A DNA stretch of 38,299 nucleotides from Syntrophomonadaceae bacterium (GCA_003553895.1 PWFM01000039.1:1-38299); one strand, 5' to 3'; positions 17,467 to 28,110 are shown, counted from the stretch's first letter. Program-made: numbers and translations. Notes: generated by a model from the letters alone, not told the origin.

Positions 17467-18633
17467 ATGCGTTTTTTAACCGGCGGCGAATCTCACGGCC
17501 CCTGCCTGACCGGGATTATAGAAGGATTGCCGGCCAACCTTGAGTTGGACAGCAGGACCATAAACAAGCAGCTGGCCCGTCGTCAACAGGGATATGGACG
17601 CGGCGGAAGGATGGAAATTGAAAAAGACCGGGTCGAGTTCTTATCCGGACTGCGTTTTAACCGGACTACCGGCAGCCCCCTTACCCTGCAGATCAAAAAC
17701 CGCGATTGGGAGAACTGGCGCCAGGTTATGGCGCCGGAAGGTGCCCCGCCGCCAGAAGTGAAAACTTTGACCCGGCCCCGACCCGGTCATGCCGACCTGG
17801 CCGGCGCATTGAAGTACAATCACCGGGATCTGCGCCAGGTTCTCGAACGTTCCAGCGCCAGGGAAACGGCGATGCGGGTGGCGGTGGGCACCGTGGGCAG
17901 GGTGTTGATGGAGTGGTTTAGCCTCCAATTTTTCAGCCACGTGATCAGGATTGGATCCGCCACCTCTCCGGTCTGCGCTTCAACCCTGCCTGAGCTTGCC
18001 GACAGGGTTGAAGAGTCATCTCTGCGCTGCGCCGATTCCCGGGCGGAACAGGCCATGCGCAAGGAAATAGACCGGGCCGGCCTGGAAGGCGACACCCTGG
18101 GCGGAGTGATCGAACTGGTGATCACCGGCGCGCCTCCCGGGCTGGGCAGCCACGTCCACTGGGACCGCCGCCTGGACGGCCGCCTGGCCGGAGCGCTTAT
18201 GAGTATTCAGGCCATAAAAGGTGTGGAAATTGGAGCAGGCTTTTCTTCGGCCGGCCGGCCTGGTTCACAAATCCATGATCCGGTAGCCGCCGATCCTGAA
18301 GAAGGGATTAGCCGGACCACTAACCGGGCCGGCGGCATAGAAGGCGGTATTAGCAACGGGGAAAATATCTTAATCCGGCTGGCTATGAAACCCATTCCCA
18401 CCCTGGCCAATCCCCTTTCCAGCGTTGACTTAGAGACAGGGTTGGGCGCCCCGGGGACGGTGGAAAGGTCCGATGTCTGCGCAGTGCCTTCGGCCGCTGT
18501 AGTGGCCGAAGCGGTGGCAGCCTGGGAACTGGCTGCCGCCTTCCTGGAGAAATTCAGCGGCGATTCTATTGAAGAAACAGAGGCCTCCTACAATTACTAT
18601 ATGGAGGCCGTAAAGAGGCGTTTACGGCGGTAA
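17467..18633 (+). CDS. aroC: Chorismate synthase
   Basis: GESHG, RPGHAD, ERSSARET, GGIEGGISNG, MKPIPT, RSDVC. Confidence 0.97.
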   Translation: MRFLTGGESHGPCLTGIIEGLPANLELDSRTINKQLARRQQGYGRGGRMEIEKDRVEFLSGLRFNRTTGSPLTLQIKNRDWENWRQVMAPEGAPPPEVKTLTRPRPGHADLAGALKYNHRDLRQVLERSSARETAMRVAVGTVGRVLMEWFSLQFFSHVIRIGSATSPVCASTLPELADRVEESSLRCADSRAEQAMRKEIDRAGLEGDTLGGVIELVITGAPPGLGSHVHWDRRLDGRLAGALMSIQAIKGVEIGAGFSSAGRPGSQIHDPVAADPEEGISRTTNRAGGIEGGISNGENILIRLAMKPIPTLANPLSSVDLETGLGAPGTVERSDVCAVPSAAVVAEAVAAWELAAAFLEKFSGDSIEETEASYNYYMEAVKRRLRR

Positions 18634-18712
18634 AGGCCGGCCTAAAAAGCCGGGGCCGGTTGTGACCGCCCCGCATAACCAGGGCCTTAAAAGAAGGGAG
18701 ATGGGGCCACCT

Positions 18713-19813
18713 TTGAAGGGACGGGAAATAGAGGTAACAACCGGGACTTTTGCTTACCGGGTCCTGATCGAAGAAGATCTGCTGGCTGAAACGGGACGGC
18801 TGCTCCGGCTGGCATTACCGCCCGGTCGCGCCCTTTTGATCAGCGACCACAATGTTTTTTCCCGCTACGGCAATGCGGTCCTGCAATCCCTGGCTGCTGA
18901 AAAATGGCAGGTAAAAACCGCCCTCATAAAACCGGGTGAAGGTTCTAAAACAGTGACCGGCGCAAAACGCCTTTATGAAGCCTGCATTGATGCCGGGCTT
19001 GATCGCACTTCGCCTGTCATCGCCCTGGGGGGCGGCGTGATAGGGGACCTGGCCGGGTTTGTGGCCGCTACTTTCATGCGGGGCGTGCCCCTGATTATGC
19101 TGCCCACTTCCCTGCTGGCCCAGGTGGATAGCAGTGTGGGCGGCAAAGTGGCCGTTAACCATCCCCGCGGGAAAAATATGATCGGGGCCATCTACCCGCC
19201 CCGCCTGGTCCTGATTGATCCGCTGGTTTTAAAGACCCTGAACAACAGGCAGTTCAGGGCCGGAGCCGCCGAAGTTATAAAATACGGCATTATTGAAGAC
19301 GAAACTTTTTTCACCCGGCTGGAGGAAAAAAGCGATCGGCTCCTGGCCCGGGACTCCGGTTTTTTGGCGGAAGCGGTAGCCGCTTCAGTCCGCTCCAAGG
19401 CCAGGGTGGTTGAAAAAGACGAATATGAGCAAGATTACAGGCGCATCTTAAATTTTGGACATACCATCGGCCATGCTCTGGAAGCGGCCACCGCATACCG
19501 TTATTACCTGCACGGCGAAGCGGTCCTGGTGGGCATGGTCCTCGCCGTTAAACTGGCTCAAAAACTTTCCTGCCTCGATGCGGGAACAGCCGGGCGGATC
19601 AACAGCCTCCTGGGCCGGTTGAGAATGAAAAAGCCGCCGCAAGGCTTGACGGCTGGAAAAGTAATCGATAAACTGGAGCATGATAAAAAACGCCTGAGAG
19701 GCGATCTGATCTTTGTCCTCCCGGACCGGATCGGTTCCGCCATGATGGTTCCTGTAAAAGATATGGAAATGATTGCCGGGGTTATTGAAACCTACCTTGA
19801 ACCGGGCGGCTGA
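18713..19813 (+). CDS. aroB: 3-dehydroquinate synthase
   Basis: GGGVIGDLAGF, PTSLLAQVDSSVGGK, AEVIKY, LNFGHTIGHALE, HGEAV. Start uncertain (TTG 18713 or ATG 18701). Confidence 0.95.
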   Translation: MKGREIEVTTGTFAYRVLIEEDLLAETGRLLRLALPPGRALLISDHNVFSRYGNAVLQSLAAEKWQVKTALIKPGEGSKTVTGAKRLYEACIDAGLDRTSPVIALGGGVIGDLAGFVAATFMRGVPLIMLPTSLLAQVDSSVGGKVAVNHPRGKNMIGAIYPPRLVLIDPLVLKTLNNRQFRAGAAEVIKYGIIEDETFFTRLEEKSDRLLARDSGFLAEAVAASVRSKARVVEKDEYEQDYRRILNFGHTIGHALEAATAYRYYLHGEAVLVGMVLAVKLAQKLSCLDAGTAGRINSLLGRLRMKKPPQGLTAGKVIDKLEHDKKRLRGDLIFVLPDRIGSAMMVPVKDMEMIAGVIETYLEPGG

Positions 19814-19830
19814 ATGTAAGCAAAAAGGTA

Positions 19831-19859
19831 CTGACATTTTCGACTTTCTCAGCTATACT
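19831..19859 (+). promoter_or_regulatory. Putative SigA promoter of secDF
   Basis: CTGACA-17 bp-TATACT. Confidence 0.55.
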
Positions 19860-20055
19860 GGACAGAGTCATATTTTAGATGCAACTTGCGAGTGGCGGCC
19901 TGCCGCTTTAACTGCCGCCTCTTCAAAGCAGGCGCAGTTAAGATCATAAAAAAATTACTTTAATAACCGGCGGGATGCTGCAACGGGAGGAGACAACCGG
20001 CCCGGCACCGGGCGCAGCCGGCCGGCCTTTTTGATGTGAATGGAGAGTGATGTGA

Positions 20056-21297
20056 TTGAAAACAAATTTTAAACCGGGCCGCTTTTTAATCCTGGTTCTA
20101 CTATGTTTGTTAATTATCTACTCCGGCTTCCACGCTTTTCAGAATGCAGCGGACAGGGAAGAGGGGATCAGGCGCGGCCTGGATATCGCCGGAGGGCTCT
20201 ATGTGCTCATGGAAGCGGTCGAAACCGAAGGTCGCGAAGTTGATGACGATACCATCGACCGGGCTATCGCCGTGATCAGGAACAGGATTGATGAGCTGGG
20301 AGTGGCAGAACCGGTTATCGCCCCCCAGGGTGATGACCGGATCAGGATTGAACTGCCCGACCTGGATGATGTCGAAGAGGCCCGCGAGATTATTGGGAGA
20401 ACGGCCATGCTGACTTTTGTTGGCCCCGACGGCGAAGAAATAGTGACCGGCGCCAACCTGGAAAGGGCCCGGGCTGAAAGGCAGCCGGAAGTTTCGCCCA
20501 ATCCTTTTGTCAGCCTGGAGTTTGACAGAGAAGGAACCCGGCTTTTTGCCGAAGCTACCCAGAAATATTATGGAGAACCGATAGCGATCTACCTGGACGA
20601 TGAAATAATATCCGAACCCGTAGTGAGGGCAATAATTACCGAAGGGCATGCAACCATTGAGGGCAACTTTGATTTTGAAGAAGCGTCGCAGCTGGCCCTG
20701 CTTTTGCGCAGCGGTTCCCTGCCCGTGGAATTGCGGGAACTTGAATCCCGCCTGGTTGGGCCAACTTTGGGCCAGAGAACGGAAGAAATTGCCGCTTATG
20801 CGGCGGCAGTGGGCCTGGCCCTGGTTTTCCTGTTCATGATTGCCTACTACCGCCTGGCCGGGATAATCGCCGGGATGGCCCTCATTTTTTACCTGTCCCT
20901 GGTTTTGTGGGCCCTGACTTACCTGCCTGCGACCCTGACATTGCCCGGTATTGCCGGTTTGATCCTTTCCATCGGTATGGCGGTTGACGCCAATGTGATT
21001 ATTTTTGAAAGAATTAAAGACGAGTTGCGTTCCGGGCGGACTATGCGCAGCGCCATGGAAAGCGGCTTCAAGCGCGCCTTCCGGGCTATCCTCGATGCCA
21101 ATGTAACCACCTTGATTGTTACCGTAGTCCTCTTTATGCTGGCCAGCGGCCCGGTCAGGGGATTTGCTGTAACCCTCTTCATCGGCATCATCTGCAGTAT
21201 GTTTACGGCCATAGTGCTGACCCGGATTCTGATGCGCCTCGCTTTTAAATCCGGCCTGATCCAGAGCGGGGCTTACGTGGGGGTGAAGCTGTCATGA
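20056..21297 (+). CDS. secD: Protein translocase subunit SecD
   Basis: GLDIAGG, RIDELGVAEP, GSLP, VGPTLG, LTLPGIAG, GMAVDANV, DANVTT, GPVRGFA. Confidence 0.96.
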   Translation: MKTNFKPGRFLILVLLCLLIIYSGFHAFQNAADREEGIRRGLDIAGGLYVLMEAVETEGREVDDDTIDRAIAVIRNRIDELGVAEPVIAPQGDDRIRIELPDLDDVEEAREIIGRTAMLTFVGPDGEEIVTGANLERARAERQPEVSPNPFVSLEFDREGTRLFAEATQKYYGEPIAIYLDDEIISEPVVRAIITEGHATIEGNFDFEEASQLALLLRSGSLPVELRELESRLVGPTLGQRTEEIAAYAAAVGLALVFLFMIAYYRLAGIIAGMALIFYLSLVLWALTYLPATLTLPGIAGLILSIGMAVDANVIIFERIKDELRSGRTMRSAMESGFKRAFRAILDANVTTLIVTVVLFMLASGPVRGFAVTLFIGIICSMFTAIVLTRILMRLAFKSGLIQSGAYVGVKLS

Positions 21298-22220
21298 TTG
21301 AATTTATCGGCAACCGCCGTAAGGCCTACCTGCTGTCGGCAGCGCTGATCCTGGCCGGTTTGTTTTCCCTGGCCATCTTTGGTTTAAACCTGGGCATCGA
21401 TTTTACCGGTGGCACCGTGCTGCAGTTTACCCTGGGAGAAGATGTTTCTATGGATGAGGTAGATGAGGCCCTGGAACCCTTTGACGAACTGGAAGGCGCG
21501 GCCGTGCAGATGATCCAGGGCCGCGACCTGGCCGGTGACCCGACGGACGAAGGCTTGATCATCAGGGGACCTGTCATGTCCGAAGAACGGCGCGATGCCT
21601 TGATTAATGAATTCAGGGACCGTTTTCCGGAAATGACCGCCGACGATTTGCGGGTGGAAAGCGTCGGGGCGGTGATCGGGGCTGAGCTGACCCGCCAGGC
21701 TCTGTTATCGCTTTTTGTGGCCATTGTGGCTATGATCGCCTATATAACCTTCCGCTTTGAGTTCAAGTTTGCCCTGGCCACCATAACCGCCCTTTTGCAT
21801 AATGTGCTTATTGTGGTGGGCATTTTTTCCATCCTCCAGATGGAGATTAATGTTCCTTTTGTGGCGGCTATTCTCACTGTTTTTGGCTACTCCGTCAATG
21901 ATACTATTGTGATCATGGACCGGATCCGCGAAAATATTAAATACAGGAAAAAAGACGAGTATGTCGAAGTAGTCAACGAGAGCATCAACCAGAACCTGGT
22001 CAGGTCGATCAATACCTCCCTGACCACCCTGCTCGTGCTCGTTTCCCTGCTGTTTGGCTTTAATTACTATATCGGCAGCCTGGACTTGATCGTCTTTGTG
22101 GTAGCCCTGATCCTGGGAGTATTAGTCGGCACTTATTCATCGATATTTATCGCCAGCCCCCTGTGGCTGAACCTGCAGGATGTTAATTTAAGTTTAAACC
22201 GCCGCCGGAAAGCGGCATAA
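21294..22220 (+). CDS. secF: Protein translocase subunit SecF
   Basis: GIDFTGG, RFE, GYSVNDTIVIMDRIRE, RSINTS, GTYSSIFIA. Confidence 0.96.
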   Translation: MIEFIGNRRKAYLLSAALILAGLFSLAIFGLNLGIDFTGGTVLQFTLGEDVSMDEVDEALEPFDELEGAAVQMIQGRDLAGDPTDEGLIIRGPVMSEERRDALINEFRDRFPEMTADDLRVESVGAVIGAELTRQALLSLFVAIVAMIAYITFRFEFKFALATITALLHNVLIVVGIFSILQMEINVPFVAAILTVFGYSVNDTIVIMDRIRENIKYRKKDEYVEVVNESINQNLVRSINTSLTTLLVLVSLLFGFNYYIGSLDLIVFVVALILGVLVGTYSSIFIASPLWLNLQDVNLSLNRRRKAA

Positions 22221-22332
22221 ATTCAATAGTTCAGGGATCCGGCCCTTTCTTCAGGGACCGCCTGCCGGGCCTGCCTGGAAGGGCCGGACCTATAATAATG
22301 CTCTGTAAGCCGCCGGCGGAAGGGATAAGCTG

Positions 22333-22749
22333 ATGAGTTCTTTCTATTTAATCTTGGCCCTGGTTTTCAGTTTGATCATTGCCGTCGTGGCTGTAGCCAA
22401 TACGGAACCGGTGACTGTAAATTACCTTTTTGGCCGGGCTAACGTTTCCTTGATCATACTAATTCTTGGTTCGGCTTTTACCGGGGCCCTGGTTATGGGT
22501 CTGATCAGCCTTTTTCGCAGCATCCGCTCTGCCCTGGCATTCCGCCAGGTAAAACATGAAAAACAAGCCCTGCAGAAACAGATCAAGGAGCTCGAGGAAG
22601 AAAAGGTTTTCCTGGAAGCTGAACTGAACAAGGCCCTCTCCGTTCCGGCAGAGCCTGAAGAAAAAAGATTGCAGTTAGAAGAAGAAGCGGAAGAAGAGCA
22701 AGGTGGCGATCAGGAAGTGGATGAGGATTTTAATGAGCCTGAACGGTAA
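22333..22749 (+). CDS. LapA/DUF1049-like membrane protein with acidic coiled-coil tail
   Basis: Two TM segments flanking 'ANTEPVTVNYLFG', then a coiled coil and a Glu-rich tail. Confidence 0.75.
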   Translation: MSSFYLILALVFSLIIAVVAVANTEPVTVNYLFGRANVSLIILILGSAFTGALVMGLISLFRSIRSALAFRQVKHEKQALQKQIKELEEEKVFLEAELNKALSVPAEPEEKRLQLEEEAEEEQGGDQEVDEDFNEPER

Positions 22750-25159
22750 ACAGTGGGTATTCCCGGAGCATGACCGCGAGACTGTAAATAAAATAGCGAC
22801 AACCCCTGGTTTTAGCCCTGCCCTGGCAAGCCTGCTTGTCAACCGCGGCATTACCGATCCCGGAGAGGCCCGGGCTTTTTTATGCCCTTCACTGGACCAG
22901 CTTCATTCCCCCTGGGAAATGGCGGGGATGCAAAGCGCAATCGATCGCCTTCTCAAAGCCCTGGAAGACAAAGAGAAAATAATCATTCACGGCGATTATG
23001 ATGCCGACGGGATTGCCGCTTCGGCGATCATGGTCGAGGGTCTGCGCCGCCTGGGCGGCGATGTAGGCTATTATCTGCCCAGCCGTTTTGGCGAGGGTTA
23101 CGGCCTGCATATTGAACCGCTGATGCAGTTCAAAGCAGAAGGGGCAGGCCTGGTGGTTACCGTTGATTGCGGCATAAATGCGGTGGAAGAACTGCAGTGG
23201 GCCGCGGAAAACGGGCTTGATATCATTGTTACCGATCATCACCAGCCTCTTGCCGCCATTGGGGGTGCGGTGGCCGCCGTCAATCCTCTCCAGGAAGGCT
23301 GCCCCTATCCCTTCAAAGAACTATCCGGGGCCGGTATCGCCTTCAAAGTAGTAACCGCCCTGATGGAAAAACTTGATCAGCCTTTTCCCGAAGATCTGCT
23401 CGATCTGGCGGCCCTGGGCACCGTGGCTGATGTGGTTCCCCTGCTCGGGGAAAACAGGGTTATAGTCTATTATGGCCTGCAGGTACTGCGCCGTATGCGC
23501 AGAGTGGGTTTTAAAGCCCTGAGTGAAGCGGTCAACCTGGACGAGCAAAAAATAACCAGCACCGCCCTCTCGTTTGTCCTGGCCCCGGCCATTAATGCAG
23601 CCGGAAGGATGGGAGAGGCCCTACCGGCTGCGGAGCTGCTGCTGGAAGAGGAACCTTCCCGGGCTCAAACCCTGGCCGAAACCCTGCACCGGGCCAACCA
23701 GCTCCGGCGCAGCACGGAACAGAATATCCTCCTGGAAGCGGAAGAAGCGGCAATCAAGATGATTTCTGAAGGCAACCAGAAGATAATCACCCTGGCCGGG
23801 GCGGGCTGGCACCATGGTGTAATCGGCATCGTCGCTTCCAGGCTGGTAGAGAAGTATAACCGCCCCTTTTGCCTGATTGCCCTGGAAGGCGAGGAAGGAC
23901 GGGGTTCGGCCCGCAGCGTGCCCGGTTTTGATATAACGGCGGCCCTTGCGGACTGCTCTTCAAACCTGGAAAGGTTTGGCGGCCATGAACAGGCAGCGGG
24001 CTTTACAGTCCGGGCCGACCGGGTTGAGGCCCTCAGGGAATGCCTGAATCGCTTTGCCGGCCTTAACCTGGAGGACAGCGACCTGAAACCGCGCCTCTTG
24101 ATCGAAGCCGAACTGGATGACAGGGAAATACATTTTGATTTGACCGCCCGCCTGGAACAACTGCAGCCTTTCGGCACCGCCAATCCTGCCCCGCTTTTTG
24201 CCAGCAGTAACTGGGAAATCCAGTCCTGGCGCCTGGTGGGGGCCGATCGGAAGCATCTAAAGTTGTGGCTTAAAAAAGACAGTCGCAGCCTTGATCCAAT
24301 TGTATTTGGAGGATCGTCACTCGAAGCGAAGCTGGAAAAAGGGCGCCGGGTCGATCTGGCTCTTAAATTAAAAGAGGGTTATTTCAGGGAACAGAAAACC
24401 CTCGAAGCGGAGGTAAAAGATCTCCGCTACAATGACAGTTATAAATCGGGTTGCCTGGAAGTAATCGATCAGCGCGGCTGCAAAGACCGGCTGACCATTG
24501 CCGGCGAAATCCTGGACCGGCAGGGAAATAACAGTATTGTATTTGCTTCCACTGCGGCCCGCTCGGAAAAACTGAAGAAAGCCGCTTTTCTGCAGGCCCC
24601 ACCCCACTTTATTACCAGCGGGTCTTTTAACGGCCCCGCCAACCCGCCGGCTGCCGGCGGTCCGATCCTGCTTTATGACCTGCCTTTGCATGAAGATATC
24701 CTGCGGCATGTATTCAGCAGGGCTGCCAGGGGAAAACCGGTCCCGGTCTATCTTTTATACAACCGTGAAGATTTAAAGCGTAACCGGCAGCTGCTTGACC
24801 TGTCCCTGCCCTCGGCGCAGGACCTGGAGCAGATTGCCCGGGCGATAATTGATAACCCCGGGGCGGTTAACAGCGCGAATTTCCCCGCTCCGTACGCCGG
24901 CAAGCTTGGTTTTAAGCCCGCCCCCAGCTACTGGGAGAGGACCGCCAGGATTATGAATGAAATCGGTCTCATTGCTGATGATGCTCTGACCAGGCAGGGT
25001 CCGGAGTTAATGGCTGTCTGGCCCTCCTGCCTGAATGATTCGCCCACCTACTGCTCTGCCATGGAGCTGCGTGAGCAGTGCGAAACCTTTCAAAGAAAAC
25101 TGCTTGAAGCAGCGCCGGAGGAAATAGCTTCTATTTTAGGTGATCTTGCCGCCGATTAA
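22733..25159 (+). CDS. recJ: Single-stranded DNA-specific exonuclease RecJ
   Basis: HGDYDADG, EGYG, TVDCG, TDHH, GTVADVV, NAAGR, GSARS, GGHEQAAG, PFGTANP; long C-terminal extension. Start likely ATG 22733. Confidence 0.95.
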   Translation: MSLNGKQWVFPEHDRETVNKIATTPGFSPALASLLVNRGITDPGEARAFLCPSLDQLHSPWEMAGMQSAIDRLLKALEDKEKIIIHGDYDADGIAASAIMVEGLRRLGGDVGYYLPSRFGEGYGLHIEPLMQFKAEGAGLVVTVDCGINAVEELQWAAENGLDIIVTDHHQPLAAIGGAVAAVNPLQEGCPYPFKELSGAGIAFKVVTALMEKLDQPFPEDLLDLAALGTVADVVPLLGENRVIVYYGLQVLRRMRRVGFKALSEAVNLDEQKITSTALSFVLAPAINAAGRMGEALPAAELLLEEEPSRAQTLAETLHRANQLRRSTEQNILLEAEEAAIKMISEGNQKIITLAGAGWHHGVIGIVASRLVEKYNRPFCLIALEGEEGRGSARSVPGFDITAALADCSSNLERFGGHEQAAGFTVRADRVEALRECLNRFAGLNLEDSDLKPRLLIEAELDDREIHFDLTARLEQLQPFGTANPAPLFASSNWEIQSWRLVGADRKHLKLWLKKDSRSLDPIVFGGSSLEAKLEKGRRVDLALKLKEGYFREQKTLEAEVKDLRYNDSYKSGCLEVIDQRGCKDRLTIAGEILDRQGNNSIVFASTAARSEKLKKAAFLQAPPHFITSGSFNGPANPPAAGGPILLYDLPLHEDILRHVFSRAARGKPVPVYLLYNREDLKRNRQLLDLSLPSAQDLEQIARAIIDNPGAVNSANFPAPYAGKLGFKPAPSYWERTARIMNEIGLIADDALTRQGPELMAVWPSCLNDSPTYCSAMELREQCETFQRKLLEAAPEEIASILGDLAAD

Positions 25160-25238
25160 AGCCACCCTGTAGAAATTAAAGCCTTTTTTTAGTATTATAG
25201 ACATGATTACCAAAAACATTTCCCGGGGAATGGATCCT

Positions 25239-27425
25239 ATGGCGGTTAAAGAGAAAAAGCTCAATGAATTGAAAAAAAGAATCCAGCGCTACTATCCGGA
25301 CCTGGAGGACTGGGAACTGGTCGAACAGGCTTATAACTTTTCGGTGCAGGCCCATTCCGGCCAGCTTCGCGAATCGGGCGAATCTTATATCACCCATCCG
25401 CTGGGGGTAGCGCTGATCCTGACCGAACTGGAACTGGACCTGGTTACAATAGTGGCCGGGCTGCTCCATGATGTGGTCGAAGATACTCCGGTCACCCTGG
25501 ATCAGATCCAGGATCAATTCGGAGAAGAAGTAGCCGCCCTGGTGGACGGGGTAACCAAGCTGAGCCGCCTCGATTTCACCTCCAAGGAAGAGCAGCAGGC
25601 GGAAACCCTGCGCAAGATGTTTATCGCCATGGCCCAGGATATCCGGGTGGTTCTGATCAAGCTGGCCGACCGGACCCATAACCTGAGGACGCTCCGCTAC
25701 CTGAATACCCACAAGCAAAAAGAAATCGCCCGGGAAACTATAGAAATATATTCGCCCCTGGCTCATCGGCTGGGAATTTACATGATCAAATGGGAGCTCG
25801 AAGACCTCGCCTTTCGCTACCTTCAGCCCGATGATTATTTCGAGCTGGTGGATAAGCTGGCCAAGAAGAGGCGGGAGCGCGAAAAATTTATTAACCGGAT
25901 CATCTGGATTCTGCAGGATTACATCTCTGAGGCCAATATCGAAGCGGAAATACAGGGCCGTCCCAAGCACCTCTACAGCATTTATAACAAGATGAAGTCC
26001 CAGGGTAAGGACCTGAGCGAGATTTACGACCTGACCGCGATCCGGATAATTGTGGACACCGTCAAGGATTGCTATCATACTTTAGGCATTGTCCACACCA
26101 TCTGGAAGCCCATTCCGGGCCGTTTCAAAGACTTTATCGCCATGCCCAAGCCCAACATGTACCAATCATTGCATACCACCGTTTTTGCCGCTGAGAACGA
26201 ACTGGCCGAGATCCAGATCAGGACCTGGGACATGCACCGCACCGCCGAATACGGAATCGCCGCCCACTGGCGCTACAAAGAAAATGTAAGAGAAACAGAA
26301 ACACCGGACGAAAAGCTGACCTGGCTGCGCCAGCTTCTGGAGTGGCAGCATGATTACCGCGATGCCCGCGATTTTATCAAAGACCTGAAAGGAGAGCTGT
26401 TCACCGATGAGGGCTTTGTCTTTACTCCCAAGGGAGATGTAATCGATCTCCCGGCCGGGTCGGTTACCTTGGATTTTGCCTATAAAATCCATACCGATGT
26501 TGGCAACCACTGCACCGGAGCCAAGGTCAACGGGCGCCTGGTGCCCCTGGATTACCAGCTAAAAACCGGGGATATGGTCGAAGTAGTTACCTCGAAACAG
26601 GGATCGCCAAGCCGGGACTGGCTCAAGTTTGTCAAAACCTCCCACGCCAAGAACAAGATCCGCAACTGGTTTAAAAAAGAACGGCGGGAAGAGAATATCG
26701 AGAAGGGCCGGGAGATGCTGGAAAGAGAGATCCGGCGTATCAATGTAGAGCAGCGAATTTCTTTAAAAAGCGACCTGCTTGAAGAAGCCGGGCGGAGTTT
26801 CAATATCCTGACCGTGGAAGACCTCTACGCTGCCATCGGCTACGGGGGCATTTCAGTCAACCAGGTTATCAGCCGCCTGCGGGAAGAATACAAGCGCAAG
26901 TACGGGGAAGAAGAGAAAGAAAAATCAACGCCTGACGTCAAGCCGGTCAAGCGGCCCAAGCATCAATCGGTGGGCATATCAATCCAGGGCATGGAAGGCC
27001 TCCTGGTCCGGGTGGCCCGCTGCTGCAATCCGGTGCCGGGCGATGATATTATCGGCTTTATTACCCGCGGCCGCGGCGTGTCGGTGCACAGGCGGGACTG
27101 CCCCAACCTGGCCCAGAAAACGTCCGAAAAAGGCCGGTTCCTGGAGGCTTCATGGGCAGGAGAACCGGAGGCGTCATACCCGGTGGAGGTTGAAATCACT
27201 GCTGAAGATCGTAAAAACCTCCTGGCCGACATCATGTCTTCAGTAAACGAAAGTAAAGTCGACATTACGGCGGTCAATGCCAGGGCCGATAAAAATAACC
27301 TGGCTACTATTTACCTGACCATGGTGGTAAGAGATCAGGCCCACCTGGATCAAATCATGGCAAAAATAAAGAAGATTAAAGAAGTATACGAAGTTCGTCG
27401 TTATGTGTACGGATCAAACAATTAA
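25239..27425 (+). CDS. relA: Bifunctional (p)ppGpp synthetase/hydrolase Rel
   Basis: HD domain LHDVVED, KLADRTHN, GRPK, YQSLHT, EIQIRT, TGS domain, CCNPVPGD, C-terminal ACT. Start 25239 or 25230. Confidence 0.97.
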   Translation: MAVKEKKLNELKKRIQRYYPDLEDWELVEQAYNFSVQAHSGQLRESGESYITHPLGVALILTELELDLVTIVAGLLHDVVEDTPVTLDQIQDQFGEEVAALVDGVTKLSRLDFTSKEEQQAETLRKMFIAMAQDIRVVLIKLADRTHNLRTLRYLNTHKQKEIARETIEIYSPLAHRLGIYMIKWELEDLAFRYLQPDDYFELVDKLAKKRREREKFINRIIWILQDYISEANIEAEIQGRPKHLYSIYNKMKSQGKDLSEIYDLTAIRIIVDTVKDCYHTLGIVHTIWKPIPGRFKDFIAMPKPNMYQSLHTTVFAAENELAEIQIRTWDMHRTAEYGIAAHWRYKENVRETETPDEKLTWLRQLLEWQHDYRDARDFIKDLKGELFTDEGFVFTPKGDVIDLPAGSVTLDFAYKIHTDVGNHCTGAKVNGRLVPLDYQLKTGDMVEVVTSKQGSPSRDWLKFVKTSHAKNKIRNWFKKERREENIEKGREMLEREIRRINVEQRISLKSDLLEEAGRSFNILTVEDLYAAIGYGGISVNQVISRLREEYKRKYGEEEKEKSTPDVKPVKRPKHQSVGISIQGMEGLLVRVARCCNPVPGDDIIGFITRGRGVSVHRRDCPNLAQKTSEKGRFLEASWAGEPEASYPVEVEITAEDRKNLLADIMSSVNESKVDITAVNARADKNNLATIYLTMVVRDQAHLDQIMAKIKKIKEVYEVRRYVYGSNN

Positions 27426-27532
27426 GGACCGGTTTTTCAGGCGCCGCCTTTTGCTCTCGTTTAAACAATTAAGCGAGCATAGTGAAGCTGTTCATGAAAA
27501 AGCCAGTCTGGACAAATCAGGGGAGGTGCCAG

Positions 27533-27982
27533 ATGAGGGCAGTGGTTCAAAGAGTGCGCCGGGCGCACGTAGAAGTGGGTGGCGAAAAAGTGGGGGAAAT
27601 AGGGCCCGGCATGGTGGTTTTTTTGGGAGTCGGCCGCGAAGACTCCGAAAAAGACAATGACTACCTGGCTTCCAAAATAGCCGGCCTGCGGATTTTTGAA
27701 GATAATGAGGGCTTGATGAACCTTTCGGTCCGGGAATGCGGTGGAGGGGTTCTGTGTATCTCCCAGTTTACCCTTTACGGCGATTGCCGCAAGGGACGCC
27801 GTCCCGGTTTTTCAGCAGCAGCGCCTCCGGAGCAGGCGCAGCGATTATACAATGATTTTTGTGACCGCCTCAGGGGCTTCGGCCTCAAGGTTGCTACAGG
27901 GCAGTTCCAGGAACATATGCGCATCCTGGTCGATAATGACGGTCCGGTAACGATGCTCCTTGACAGCAAGAAGCAATTTTAG
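27533..27982 (+). CDS. dtd: D-aminoacyl-tRNA deacylase
   Basis: [38 protein letters not shown] before ATG 27533. Confidence 0.97.
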   Translation: MRAVVQRVRRAHVEVGGEKVGEIGPGMVVFLGVGREDSEKDNDYLASKIAGLRIFEDNEGLMNLSVRECGGGVLCISQFTLYGDCRKGRRPGFSAAAPPEQAQRLYNDFCDRLRGFGLKVATGQFQEHMRILVDNDGPVTMLLDSKKQF

Positions 27983-28110
27983 GAAAATTACCAGGTAGGC
28001 CTGGTCCGCTCTTGAAGCGCTGCAGCAACAGTGCCAGGGTAGCTGAAGAGCCAGGCCGTGATTTTAAAACAGGCAATTACATTTATTTATTGGTGGAGAG
28101 GAGCTAGAGA

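Noticed and set aside
19879-20034. Secretion-monitor arrest peptide upstream of secD
   Set aside because: Only 10-aa and 19-aa ORFs, without RBS, signal peptide or RAPP-like motif.
27983-28110. T-box leader before hisS-aspS (and before hisD)
   Set aside because: Gaps are too short and no GGTGGNACC T-box sequence is present.
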